NCBI GenBank assembly: GCA_964016885.1
Contig: OZ024740.1
Location: forward strand, 348,874,001-348,938,000
Direction: 5' to 3'
Length of the DNA stretch: 64,000 nucleotides
Source of the DNA: Eledone cirrhosa
Lineage: Eukaryota
Of the stretch, positions 10,164 through 24,312 are shown piece after piece. The notes below the pieces were generated by a model. That model did not search any database. It was not told where the DNA came from and was given only the letters and a program-made list of their open reading frames with translations. Positions within the stretch are counted from its first letter, which is position 1, and every line of letters begins with the position of its first letter. Position numbers and translations under genes: made by a program.

Positions 10164-13100
10164 AGCAATCAACTAATAACTTTTAAACTGCGATGTAACG
10201 CGAAGGTTTCTCATAATATTATGAATATTTGTTGGCCACCATGTGGTTATTATAATATTTTTATATCTTTTTACTTCGTTTATCAATATATATCACAAAT
10301 ATTTGTATATTTAAGAAAATTAACATGTACTAGGAATACAGGAAGGTGTTTTTAATCAGTAATGATATATCCTTTTTATAGATAGCAATTGTGCCTTTGT
10401 AAATCATAAATATATATGGTATTATATATATATATAATATTATTAAAGTTGAAATCATTTTATTACAAAGTATTTAAATTCACAAGCCAGAATTATTTAT
10501 ATTGAAATATTATAAGCGTAAATAATGTTTTTTTTATTTACATATATATTTCCACATCAAATCAAATCATATATGGCTGTATAGTTTTATAATTATATTT
10601 TTAATCACAAATAATCTGTAATAAATTTAAATTATTATTGTATATATGTCGTATAATGGACATGCTTATATTTTCTTTCGTTGTATGTATTTATATTTAC
10701 ATATCATTTATTACATTTAAATAAAAACATGAAAAACTTTGCAATTTGTAGTTTTGTGTTAAAAGTTTCCACTTTTATTTCATTGAATCTCATTTATATG
10801 ACACTAATTTCTTCATGTTTGAATTGATTTGGAAGACTTTCATGTTGCAGTCAATTCAAGTTGAACGTGTATATTCTATGTTGTAATTTAGTCATTTTAC
10901 CAGATACAAATTAATAAGTAACACGAGTAATTTATTTGTGTCATATACATATATAAACATATTAGACTTGTATATGAAAGCATATATTATGATTAGAAAA
11001 AATAAATAAACGAGAGACTCGCTCTCAAATATAGAAATATTTTTTTCGTTTTTTTATATGAAGTTAATATGTCACAGATAACTCAGTAGATGTTGAGAAT
11101 GCGAGACAGCTGTTTCAGGATTCGTTAATCTCTCATCAATGACATCCATTGTACTGAGATGAAAATAGACGAGAGCCTTTATAGATTTTGCGTAGTGAGC
11201 ATTTGGTGCAGTTGCACATTTACATATAGTAAATAGCACACATAGGCTGCAAATGCTTATTTGCATATCATTCTAAATAGGCTGGCAGTAATACTAACAT
11301 AGCGTTAAGCATACTAGGGTTATGTATAAATGTATACATTATATATTTGTCTACAATAAACATACGCCAGTTCTGTAAATATGTAAATACTAACTATGAT
11401 GAGGGCACTGGTTACATCAACGAATATGTTTGACCTGTGTTATTCTCCGAGTAAGTACCATGAGAATTATCCAACAATATACTTCAAGCGTGTGACGATA
11501 GTTATCGTTATATGGATATGATATATTTAAAATGGATTTTCCATATATAAATATCGTTTGTGCCTTTCTTTCTTTGAAAACTGGCACCAGGTGCATTACT
11601 GATATGTTAACCCTTTTGCATTTAAAACAGCCAAAATTCACTCACCTTTATCTTTTCAAACCAGATGTAACTGGTCACTCATACTATTGTTGGTAACTAA
11701 AGCCGTTACCATGAAAATATAATAATATATAGAGAGTCATGTAAATGCAGAGTAAAAATAGATTTTCGTTTCATTCTTCATAAAACGATCATTGAAATCC
11801 ATCCATCTATTTGCTATTAATTCTGGATAGGCATGTTAGAAATGATCTTGAAAACAGAACTTTCACACGTGTTCTTCATATGTGTACAGGGCTATTTCAA
11901 TTATCCACCCTTATAATTATGATTTTGCTATCTCATTAGAAAATGCATGCTGATGTACTCGTTGAAACATTCTCCTTGGTACTCTCTTTCGTATAGATCG
12001 TCTGGCTTAATAGATATCTATGTACTTTTTAGCGTATAGATCTTTTAGGCATAATGTGATATAGATTACAGAGCGTTCTTACTTTCCATTTTTATTCAAT
12101 ATATTTTGGTTTTGTCTGTCTGTAATTCATGGTTTTCAAAAGCCATTGGAAATGCCTGCTGAAGGACATACCTTTATAAATCGTCCAGTCATTACTTTCG
12201 AGTAACCTGTCAACAAAGGCCATTTATCGTGGAATGGATGAAGGTCTCAGAGAGAAAGTGGGCTTCAGTTGAGGGTGATCTTAACTGTCCATATCTAAGG
12301 GTGATGCTGTCGGACATTAAAGTGTTCCTTTTACCCAAACAATCCAGTGCAAAATCATTGACGCCGGGATGAAATTTGGCGACAGGAAGGCTACCTATAA
12401 AACCCAATAATAGTAACGGATCTAAACAACTCGATACCAGTCCTCTAGCCCGAAGAAGGTTTGCTGCTCTTTCACGAGATTGATGTAATCAAAATATTGT
12501 CTTAATATTGCTTAGACACTTATAACCACACAGTCGGACGTGATAGCAACATCTTCGGCATTTCTAGCAATACGAATAGAGAAGTGTTTCAGACATAAGT
12601 GTTTCAGATAGCTTCTGCACATCATTTACACTGAGAAGACAGAAATCACTCCATGCTACTGTGTAAAATCAGGAATTCACCAAGTATCTTACCACGAAAA
12701 CCAGCATTAAACCATCATTCAGAACACGGTTATTAGAAAGCAAAGACAATACTAACTAAATTCTGGTTCAATAGCACAAAAAACTGCACATGTCACAACA
12801 CCGAAACCAATCTATGCATGTCGGCAAATAGAAATCAGTAGTGACGGTCGCTCTAAACATATTTTGAATTGTACCTTTACGACTGGCTGTAATAGTTGCT
12901 ATAACTAGAGAATAATGATAAAGATGTTTAGTTATTATATATTATATTTTGACTTCAGGTTTTACACTTTTGATTTATTTCCTTCTTATCTAAATGTTTG
13001 TCATCATTTTAAGTTGTGCTTTACATATACATTTAAGTTTCCTTATTAAACAAACAGTTACCGTTTGTCTTCTAAAACTATTGAAAGTGCCACTGCTGCT

Positions 13101-14598
13101 ATATTCTGTAATTATATGTTAAGGATTCAGATCCCTTTTCAAAGATTTTTGATGTTCCGTCTAAACACTAGGACATCAATGTAATAAACTGCTCATCCAT
13201 TTGATTACAGTGAAGCTGTACATTATTACATATGTGGCCAGTGCATTGTTACCTACTGTGTTATATCAAGCACGTGTTTATTTTCTATCGTTGTCTGACT
13301 ATGGTTTAAACAATAATCTGAAAACGTTATTTGTCAACTACTATTCCGAGATGAAGTTATTGAAGTTATTTGTATCTTCTAGAATAAACACTATTCTAAT
13401 TTACTAAAAATAGAAATACTGCGGAATCAATGGAAACTAACAACCACAATCTGGTATGTATATATATATGTGTTTGTGTGTATGCGTGTATGTGGGGGGT
13501 GCGTCTATGTGTGCGAGTGTGTGTGTATCCGGGTTTAATCGGGAGTTACCACTGTAAGTACGATACTCAACACAATAGAGTATATACTATATTTAATATA
13601 GAAATGGTTTCTACAGTACTAGAACAGTTTCATTCTTATGAAGTCATCAGAAAAGCCCCGATGATTTATACATATATATAGATATACATATACACATATA
13701 TATATATATATAGATAGATAGATAGATAGATATGTGGGGGGTACAGGGGGGTGCGTGTGTATACGTGTGTGTGCGTGCTATTTGTCCTTAAATGTACCAT
13801 GAAAAATAATTATTTCCAACTCCTTGTTCCATCTCTATTATACAGTAATCAAGAAACAAACTAGAAATAATGAACCCCAGCATATTTATTCGTATGTCTC
13901 CAATTTATCATCCATTCTATGTTGCCGTAAGAATGGAATATTCACCTAATGGTATCATCATATTAACAAAGAAGACTCGAATTAAAATATTTGATATAAT
14001 TGAACGTTGTCAATTCATTTCCAGACTAAAAATATATATTTTCAGTTTACACCAATATGATAAAGACATGTGTTCTAGTGTTATTAGGAGGGATATTTAA
14101 TCAATGCTTACACTGGGCACGAAATAAAATTCAAATTATATTTTTAATTTTTTGCAAGGCCAGCTCTAACTCGCTCGGTAGGCAAATGAGGCTATAATAA
14201 TTTAAATTTATTACATATGATTTGTAATATATATATATATATATTAATAAAAGGAATTCCAACTTTGTCTGATTTACTCGTTTTATTTACAATCCTTTAA
14301 AATTTATATTGGTATTAGAATGATGACAGTCAAGTTGGCAATTTTCAACGTTGAAAATTGGAAACTTGACTGTCACCGCAGAATATGAACCTGAAGATTG
14401 CGAAAGCATGAAATTACTTGTTCAATTAACACTTAACATTTAATATTCTACCATATTATTTCATTCTAATACCATTATAAATGTTAAAGGATTGTAAATA
14501 AAACGAGTAAATGAGACAAAGTTGGAATTCCTTTTATTAATATAATCTTCTATACACAATAATACACACGTGTATATTTATCTATCTATCTATCTATC

Positions 14599-14734
<136 letters not shown>

Positions 14735-17630
14735 GGTGTGTGGGTGTGGGTGTGTGTGTATGTATGTATATCAGGTCACCAGTTGGTGCTACTGGTAACA
14801 TGTATCCCAGTAAAACCTGTCTTATGGTCGGGTCGTTGGCGACTAAACTGGCAACCCCACCAAGGTTTCTTGGTGAGGACTGTGACTTTTGGACATCCTG
14901 CAGGACTAAAAACAAAACCTGTCAAAGGGCAAAGATCTCTTAAGAGTCAATGGCCATCCAAAATCATCAGGAGAGATGATCCTTTAGCAGTCGTCAAGGC
15001 AGAATTCTAGGAGAAGGAAAACTCTGATATAACACCTCCAACCCTGATGGTATCCAATGATGTTGACTTGTTCTTCTTTTTGGTAAATATCATCTCGGTT
15101 AAGAGAGTGGGACTGGCTTTGTGCAGTGTCTTTGCTCACTATAAAAGCTTCACGGCACAGGCATTGCTTTATATCTGGAGATCTCTCTGCACTTGTCATC
15201 ACATGGTACCATGGGCCCAGCACTATGTGTCAATAATTGTCACAATTGTAGTGTTTGTTACCAGAGTTTTCAGGTCGCTGGCTAGACTAAAAAGTTACAC
15301 TCGTTCAGCGCATCGGTAGGGGTTCTCCTACATGGATATTAAGTAGTGGCCGTACTCGAAAACGAGTTGGCAGCCACCTTGTATGTAAATATATGTATAT
15401 ATATAATGTTTTAACAGTATGCAGCCTAGTAGTTTTGCAGCATTTCGATATGTGATTTCTTGTAAGCTTATTAATATTATCTTTGATGAAAACATTGTCT
15501 ATTTCTACATCGTTCACTACGTCATATTGGCTTCTGGTCTTTAAGTATGATTTTAGAAAATTACTTTTTGTGATGTTCTTCATAAGCTCATGTATTTTGG
15601 GAAAATTTAGGAAGCTTAATTTACTTTCTTGCCTATGTATACTCTCTTTGAAAATGATCTGATCCGGCAGAAGATGTTCTACTGTGTCTTATTTAAAGGC
15701 ATTATTTCAACAAGCGGGCGGTGGATTGGCAGTATCGGTAGAGGGTCGGACGCCATGCTTTCCAGAATAGTTACGTCCCTTTACGATCTGAGTTAAAATA
15801 CCGCCGAGGTTGACTTTGCCTTTCATCCTTACGGGGTCGATAAAATAAAGTACCAGTAAGGAACTGGGTAATTGCTGGCCTTTTGCCTAAAAGTAGAAAC
15901 AATTATTTCAACTGCGGTGGATTGGCAGTATCAGTAGAGGGTCGGACGCCATGCTTTGACGCATAGAGTTACGCCCCTTTCCATTCTGAGTTCAAATCCC
16001 GTCGAAGTGAACTTTGCCTTTCATCCTTACGGGGTCGATAAAATAAAGTACCAGTAATGCACTGGGTAATTGCTGAACTTGTGCCAAAAGTAGAAACAAT
16101 TATTTCAACTGCAAAGCACCAGTAATGCACTGGAATAATTGCTGGCCTTGTGCCAGGACAGGAAATAATTATTTCAACAGCTTTCATAATACGTTACCGA
16201 TGTTTGTCCTTTCATTATACATTCTATCCACATATACTTACTATAGATGTAATTTCTCAATGCGGTGGGGAGATGGCTGGTCCTAACGTATGCCTATAAT
16301 CTTCTACATACACATCCTATCGAATCACGTTACAGCAAATACTTCCAAGAAAGCATATATCGCTAGCTTCTGTTCGTGATTATATACTTTCGGTCAACTT
16401 TCGTCTAAGGTAAAATTATGCGCAATTGATGGAGCTCGACACACAAATTGAAGGATGTCGAATTACTATTATTTATCGGAAGATAAATACTAAGGCATTC
16501 TTATAAAGACTTAAAAGCAACAAGAAGCTTTCTATCGACCCGATACTATTGTAGGAACTTCAACAAGAGATACCGTGGAAGGCGATTTTATGCCTTTTTG
16601 AACAGAAGCAGAAAGCTTTTTGAAATATTCCCATGGATTCTCAAAGAGGTGCGACAGGGTAAATATTTGGTCGGATCTACTACGTCCGCAGCAGAAAGCA
16701 CACTGTCCGTCAGCCAGCTTCGACACAACATGGCTACAACTCTTTTCTCGACACGTAACCTCTAACATGACCCAGAAGAAGAAGAAGAAGAAGAAGAAGA
16801 AGAAGAAGAAGAAGAAGAAGAAGAAGAAGAAGAAGAAGAAGAAGAAGAAGACGAAGAAGAAGAAGGAGGAGGAGGGGGGAAGAAGAAGAAGAAGAAGAAG
16901 AAGAAGAAGAAGAAGAAGAAGAAGAAGAAGAAGAAGAAGAAGAAGAAGAAGAAGAAGAAGAAGAAGAAGAAGAAGAAGAAGAAGATACATTTTATATTAT
17001 TTGTCAACAGTTATTCCGAAATGAAGATACTTTTTCTTTCAAGACGAAAACCTCTTCTAAAAAAACCCGTTTATTTTGCCAGGTCTTAGGTACGGTTGAT
17101 TACAATGAAGCAACATTTTTTGTTATATTTAAAAATAGAAAAAGTACATTTGACGAAAAATACTGTTAATGAAAATGTACTAATAATAGAATTATTGTTT
17201 AGAAATAAATATGTTTTAAGCTACCTGTCTATAAATTAAATCTTTACCACTAAACACACCTTAAAAGAAATAGGATTGTGTGTCCTGGTAAAGTTAACTC
17301 CTCCCATACAGGAACTATTAGTAGCTATATAGGTCATATAATATTTGTATAATTCTTACAACTGATACGATAACACTAGATTCATTCCCACACCAGATGT
17401 GTATTAGTTCCGTCCGAATGTCATCCATTCATAAATTCAAATGTGGAAGGTCATATTGAAATTACTTTTCCGGTTTCAAAAGTTATATATATGTGTAATC
17501 TTAAGATCAAACATATTAATAAAAGGGTACTTCAGCTGAGCATCGAAAACACCCAGGTTGTATTTGAAAATATATCTTTCGATATCCAAGTTCGAGTTAT
17601 CTTTCGATATCCAAGTGGACAAGCAGTATA

Positions 17631-17642
17631 ATGAACATTAAA
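17631..17642 (+). CDS. IL17: IL-17-like copy 3, coding exon 1 (MNIK)
   Basis: ATGAACATTAAA|GTAAGT. Confidence 0.75.
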
Positions 17643-17720
17643 GTAAGTAACTTTCGTTCAATAATAACATCATATATTTATGTAAGAATCTATGTTTGCA
17701 TCCCTTTATATATATATATA

Positions 17721-17760
<40 letters not shown>

Positions 17761-17779
17761 CTGATTGGTCAAGATGAAG

Positions 17780-17842
<63 letters not shown>

Positions 17843-18141
17843 TGTATATATATAAATATATAAAAATATGTATATATATACGGCACTAGACAGAATTAGT
17901 CCCTTCCTCATTCACTCTCATCTGGGAACAGGTTTGTATGGCGCTAATTTGTGATTTGAACTCGGAAATGTTATATTCTCCGAGCGAGAACCTACTGACG
18001 AGAATCCCCTTCTCAGTGGTGGACCGCCTGGATTATCCATTTATTTCGGGATTTAAAACCGCGCGGTAAGGGTACATATAGTAAGTACGGCGAACTTTTT
18101 AAAATTTATTTTAAAACTTTTTCTCTATTTGATAAACCTTG

Positions 18142-18191
<50 letters not shown>

Positions 18192-19170
18192 CAGATGAAA
18201 TCGAAAATGCAACTGGAGTCTTATTTAAAAAAATATATATATATTTATTTGGTTCCGTTACCGGTTTCGCATTTCTTCTGCTTTTCAAATGTACAGTTGA
18301 GATGTAGGGTGTGTCGTTTTTCTCCCTGATGTGAGAATAACCACAGGCCATCTATCTCAACTCTACTGAAAAGCAGAAGAACTGCGAAACCGGTAACGGA
18401 ACCAAATAAATATATATATATTTTTTTAAATAAGACTCCAGTTACATTTTCGATTTCATCTTTTTTTCTTTATACTTTCACTCGTGTAGGACACCTCGGT
18501 TATTTTTCATCTTGTAAAGTAAACCTCACTTTCTAATATAGTATATATATATATATATATTAGAAAATGAAAAATAACCGAGGTGTCCTACACAAGTGAA
18601 AGTATAAAGAAAAAAAGATGAAATCTAAAATGCAACTGGAGTCTTATTTTTAATGGGTAAATTTTATGTTGTCATTTTCAAACAATTATTCATAAGGATT
18701 TCTGTTGTCACTCAATTTTTATTTTTTATTCATAGTCTACGTTATTGAAGGAAAGAACAAATTGTATAATATATATTTATATTTCCTCTTATTTACGATG
18801 TTCTCAACGTTTACAAAAGAACAGTACGATTATATCTTATTCACAACGTGAATCCAAACACAAAATTATATAGAATTAATGAATCTAGAAGAAATTATTT
18901 GTTGCATAATTTAAAATAACTATGTCTCCGTTTGTATCTAGAATTGCTTATATAAAAAATACCACATATCTCCAGCACATCTCAATTTTCCATACTTTCT
19001 TATATTTATATTTGTTTTCTCAAACATCCTTCAAACATCCGCAGGAGGAAATATTGTAGCAGAAGCTATGTTTTCTCAATAACATGATTAACATAGTTCC
19101 TATCAAATTGATATTTATACCGACAGTAATCTAGTTTTCTTACATTGGATTAATATTTTCTTTCTTACAG

Positions 19171-19698
19171 AGTCTTATCCAGATTTTAATCCTGATGTTC
19201 AACTACATCTTCATCACGTCTTCGGCACCAATCCAGGGGCAATGTGAAATACCCACTGATTTGAAAGTCCGTTACGAGAGTTTATCTAATGCAGCCATTG
19301 GCAACAATTTTTTTCTACCGGCTGAAATGGCTCCAGCAGAAAGTAATCATCCTATACTCACAGACGGAGATAAAACTTGTCCAACATCTGCTCTTTCCTC
19401 TGATATCATCAGTGAACGTTCAACTTGCCCTTGGTACCTGAAGATTACCCATAATTCAACAGTCTTCCCTCAATCACGTACAGAGGTAGTATGTCGTTGT
19501 ACAGACTGTGTAGGCTCTGACAACAATCACCAATGTGTGGCAGTGTATACTAAAATGACAGTCCTCAATCGTACAGATAAATGTGTTGATGGACTGTATG
19601 TGTATAGTCCAAGTGTAATAGATGTGGCAACAGCCTGTGTTTGTGCACGGAAAGTTGATGTGACAACTGAGGGAAATGGAAACGATTATGTGTCGTAA
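19171..19698 (+). CDS. IL17: Interleukin-17-like cytokine, copy 3, exon 2
   Basis: Same protein as copy 1 (ORF 19195..19698), same acceptor. Confidence 0.9.
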   Translation, partial: SLIQILILMFNYIFITSSAPIQGQCEIPTDLKVRYESLSNAAIGNNFFLPAEMAPAESNHPILTDGDKTCPTSALSSDIISERSTCPWYLKITHNSTVFPQSRTEVVCRCTDCVGSDNNHQCVAVYTKMTVLNRTDKCVDGLYVYSPSVIDVATACVCARKVDVTTEGNGNDYVS

Positions 19699-22600
19699 AG
19701 CAATCAACTAATAACTTTTAAACTGCGATGTAACGCGAAGGTTTCTCATAATATTATGAATATTTGTTGGCCACCATGTGGTTATTATAATATTTTTATA
19801 TCTTTTTACTTCGTTTATCAATATATATCACAAATATTTGTATATTTAAGAAAATTAACATGTACTAGGAATACAGGAAGGTGTTTTTAATCAGTAATGA
19901 TATATCCTTTTTATAGATAGCAATTGTGCCTTTGTAAATCATAAATATATATGGTATTATATATATATATAATATTATTAAAGTTGAAATCATTTTATTA
20001 CAAAGTATTTAAATTCACAAGCCAGAATTATTTATATTGAAATATTATAAGCGTAAATAATGTTTTTTTTATTTACATATATATTTCCACATCAAATCAA
20101 ATCATATATGGCTGTATAGTTTTATAATTATATTTTTAATCACAAATAATCTGTAATAAATTTAAATTATTATTGTATATATGTCGTATAATGGACATGC
20201 TTATATTTTCTTTCGTTGTATGTATTTATATTTACATATCATTTATTACATTTAAATAAAAACATGAAAAACTTTGCAATTTGTAGTTTTGTGTTAAAAG
20301 TTTCCACTTTTATTTCATTGAATCTCATTTATATGACACTAATTTCTTCATGTTTGAATTGATTTGGAAGACTTTCATGTTGCAGTCAATTCAAGTTGAA
20401 CGTGTATATTCTATGTTGTAATTTAGTCATTTTACCAGATACAAATTAATAAGTAACACGAGTAATTTATTTGTGTCATATACATATATAAACATATTAG
20501 ACTTGTATATGAAAGCATATATTATGATTAGAAAAAATAAATAAACGAGAGACTCGCTCTCAAATATAGAAATATTTTTTTCGTTTTTTTATATGAAGTT
20601 AATATGTCACAGATAACTCAGTAGATGTTGAGAATGCGAGACAGCTGTTTCAGGAGTCGTTAATCTCTCATCAATGACATCCATTGTACTGAGATGAAAA
20701 TAGACGAGAGCCTTTATAGATTTTGCGTAGTGAGCATTTGGTGCAGTTGCACATTTACATATAGTAAATAGCACACATAGGCTGCAAATGCTTATTTGCA
20801 TATCATTCTAAATAGGCTGGCAGTAATACTAACATAGCGTTAAGCATACTAGGGTTATGTATAAATGTATACATTATATATTTGTCTACAATAAACATAC
20901 GCCAGTTCTGTAAATATGTAAATACTAACTATGATGAGGGCACTGGTTACATCAACGAATATGTTTGACCTGTGTTATTCTCCGAGTAAGTACCATGAGA
21001 ATTATCCAACAATATATTTCAAGCGTGTGACGATAGTTATCGTTATATGGATATGATATATTTAAAATGGATTTTCCATATATAAATATCGTTTGTGCCT
21101 TTCCTTCTTTGAAAACTGGCACCAGGTGCATTACTGATATGTTAACCCTTTTGCATTTAAAACAGCCAAAATTCACTCACCTTTATCTTTTCAAACCAGA
21201 TGTAACTGGTCACTCATACTATTGTTGGTAACTAAAGCCGTTACCATGAAAATATAATAATATATAGAGAGTCATGTAAATGCAGAGTAAAAATAGATTT
21301 TCGTTTCATTCTTCATAAAACGATCATTGAAATCCATCCATCTATTTGCTATTAATTCTGGATAGGCATGTTAGAAATGATCTTGAAGACAGAACTTTCA
21401 CACGTGTTCTTCATATGTGTACAGGGCTATTATCCACCCTTATAATTATGATTTTGCTATCTCATTAGAAAATGCATGCTGATGTACTCGTTGAAACATT
21501 CTCCTTGGTACTCTCTTTCGTATAGATCGTCTGGCTTAATAGATATCTATGTACTTTTTAGCGTATAGATCTTTTAGGCATAATGTGATATAGATTACAG
21601 AGCGTTCTTACTTTCCATTTTTATTCAATATATTTTGGTTTTGTCTGTCTGTAATTCATGGTTTTCAAAAGCCATTGGAAATGCCTGCTGAAGGACATAC
21701 CTTTATAAATCGTCCAGTCATTACTTTCGAGTAACCTGTCAACAAAGGCCATTTATCGTGGAATGGATGAAGGTCTCAGAGAGAAAGTGGGCTTCAGTTG
21801 AGGGTGATCTTAACTGTCCATATCTAAGGGTGATGCTGTCGGACATTAAAGTGTTCCTTTTACCCAAACAATCCAGTGCAAAATCATTGACGCCGGGATG
21901 AAATTTGGCGACAGGAAGGCTACCTATAAAACCCAATAATAGTAACGGAAACTAAACAACTCGATACCAGTCCTCTAGCCCGAAGAAGGTTTGCTGCTCT
22001 TTCACGAGATTGATGTAATCAAAATATTGTCTTAATATTGCTTAGACACTTATAACCACACAGTCGGACGTGATAGCAACGTCTTCGGCATTTCTAGCAA
22101 TACGAATAGAGAAGTGTTTCAGACCTAAGTGTTTCAGATAGCTTCTGCACATCATTTACACTGAGAAGACAGAAATCACTCCATGCTACTGTGTAAAATC
22201 AGGAATTCACCAAGTATCTTACCACGAAAACCAGCATTAAACCATCATTCAGAACACGGTTATTAGAAAGCAAAGACAATACTAACTAAATTCTGGTTCA
22301 ATAGCACAAAAAACTGCACATGTCACAACACCGAAACCAATCTATGCATGTCGGCAAATAGAAATCAGTAGTGACGGTCGCTCTAAACATATTTTGAATT
22401 GTACCTTTACGACTGGCTGTAATAGTTGCTATAACTAGAGAATAATGATAAAGATGTTTAGTTATTATATATTATATTTTGACTTCAGGTTTTACACTTT
22501 TGATTTATTTCCTTCTTATCTAAATGTTTGTCATCATTTTAAGTTGTGCTTTACATATACATTTAAGTTTCCTTATTAAACAAACAGTTACCGTTTGTCT

Positions 22601-24108
22601 TCTAAAACTATTGAACGTGCCTCTGCTGCTATATTCTGTAATTATATGTTAAGGATTCAGATCCCTTTTCAAAGATTTTTGATGTTCCGTCTAAACACTA
22701 GGACATCAATGTAATAAACTGCTCATCCATTTGATTACAGTGAAGCTGTACATTATTACATATGTGGCCAGTGCATTGATACCTACTGTGTTATATCAAG
22801 CACGTGTTTATTTTCTATCGTTGTCTGACTATGGTTTAAACAATAATCTGAACACGTTATTTGTCAACTACTATTCCGAGATGAAGTTATTTAAGTTATT
22901 TGTATCTTCTAGAATAAACACTATTCTAATTTACTAAAAATAGAAATACTGCGGAATCAATGGAAACTAACAACCACAATCTGGTATGTATATATATATG
23001 TGTTTGTGTGTATGCGTGTATGTGGGGGGTGCGTCTATGTGTGCGAGTGTGTGTGTATCCGGGTTTAATCGGGAGTTACCACTGTAAGTACGATACTCAA
23101 CACAATAGAGTATATACTATATTTAATATAGAAATGGCTTCTACAGTACTAGAACAGTTTCATTCTTATGAAGTCATCAGAAAAGCCCCGTTGATTTATA
23201 CATATATATAGATATACATATACACATATATATATATATATATATAGATAGATAGATAGATATGTGGGGGGTACAGGGGGGTGCGTGTGTGTACGTGTGT
23301 GTGCGTGCTATTTGTCCTTAAATGTACCATGAAAAATAATTATTTCCAACTCCTTGTTCCATCTCTATTATACAGTAATCAAGAAACAAACTAGAAATAA
23401 TGAACCCCAGCATATTTATTCGTATGTCTCCAATTTATCATCCATTCTATGTTGCCGTAAGAATGGAATATTCACCTAATGGTATCATCATATTAACAAA
23501 GAAGAGTCGAATTAAAATATTTGATATAATTGAACGTTGTCAATTCATTTCCAGACTAAAAATATATATTTTCAGTTTACACCAATATGATAAAGACATG
23601 TGTTCTAGTGTTATTAGGAGGGATATTTAATCAATGCTTACACTGGGCACGAAATAAAATTCAAATTATATTTTTAATTTTTTGCAAGGCCAGCTCTAAC
23701 TCGCTCGGTAGGCAAATGAGGCTATAATAATTTAAATTTATTACATATGATTTGTAATATATATATATATATATATATATTAATAAAAGGAATTCCAACT
23801 TTGTCTGATTTACTCGTTTTATTTACAATCCTTTAAAATTTATATTGGTATTAGAATGATGACAGTCAAGTTGGCAATTTTCAACGTTGAAAATTGGAAA
23901 CTTGACTGTCACCGCAGAATATGAACCTGAAGATTGCGAAAGCATGAAATTACTTGTTCAATTAACACTTAACATTTAATATTCTACCATATTATTTCAT
24001 TCTAATACCATTATAAATGTTAAAGGATTGTAAATAAAACGAGTAAATGAGACAAAGTTGGAATTCCTTTTATTAATATAATCTTCTATACACAATAATA
24101 CACACGTG

Positions 24109-24312
<204 letters not shown>
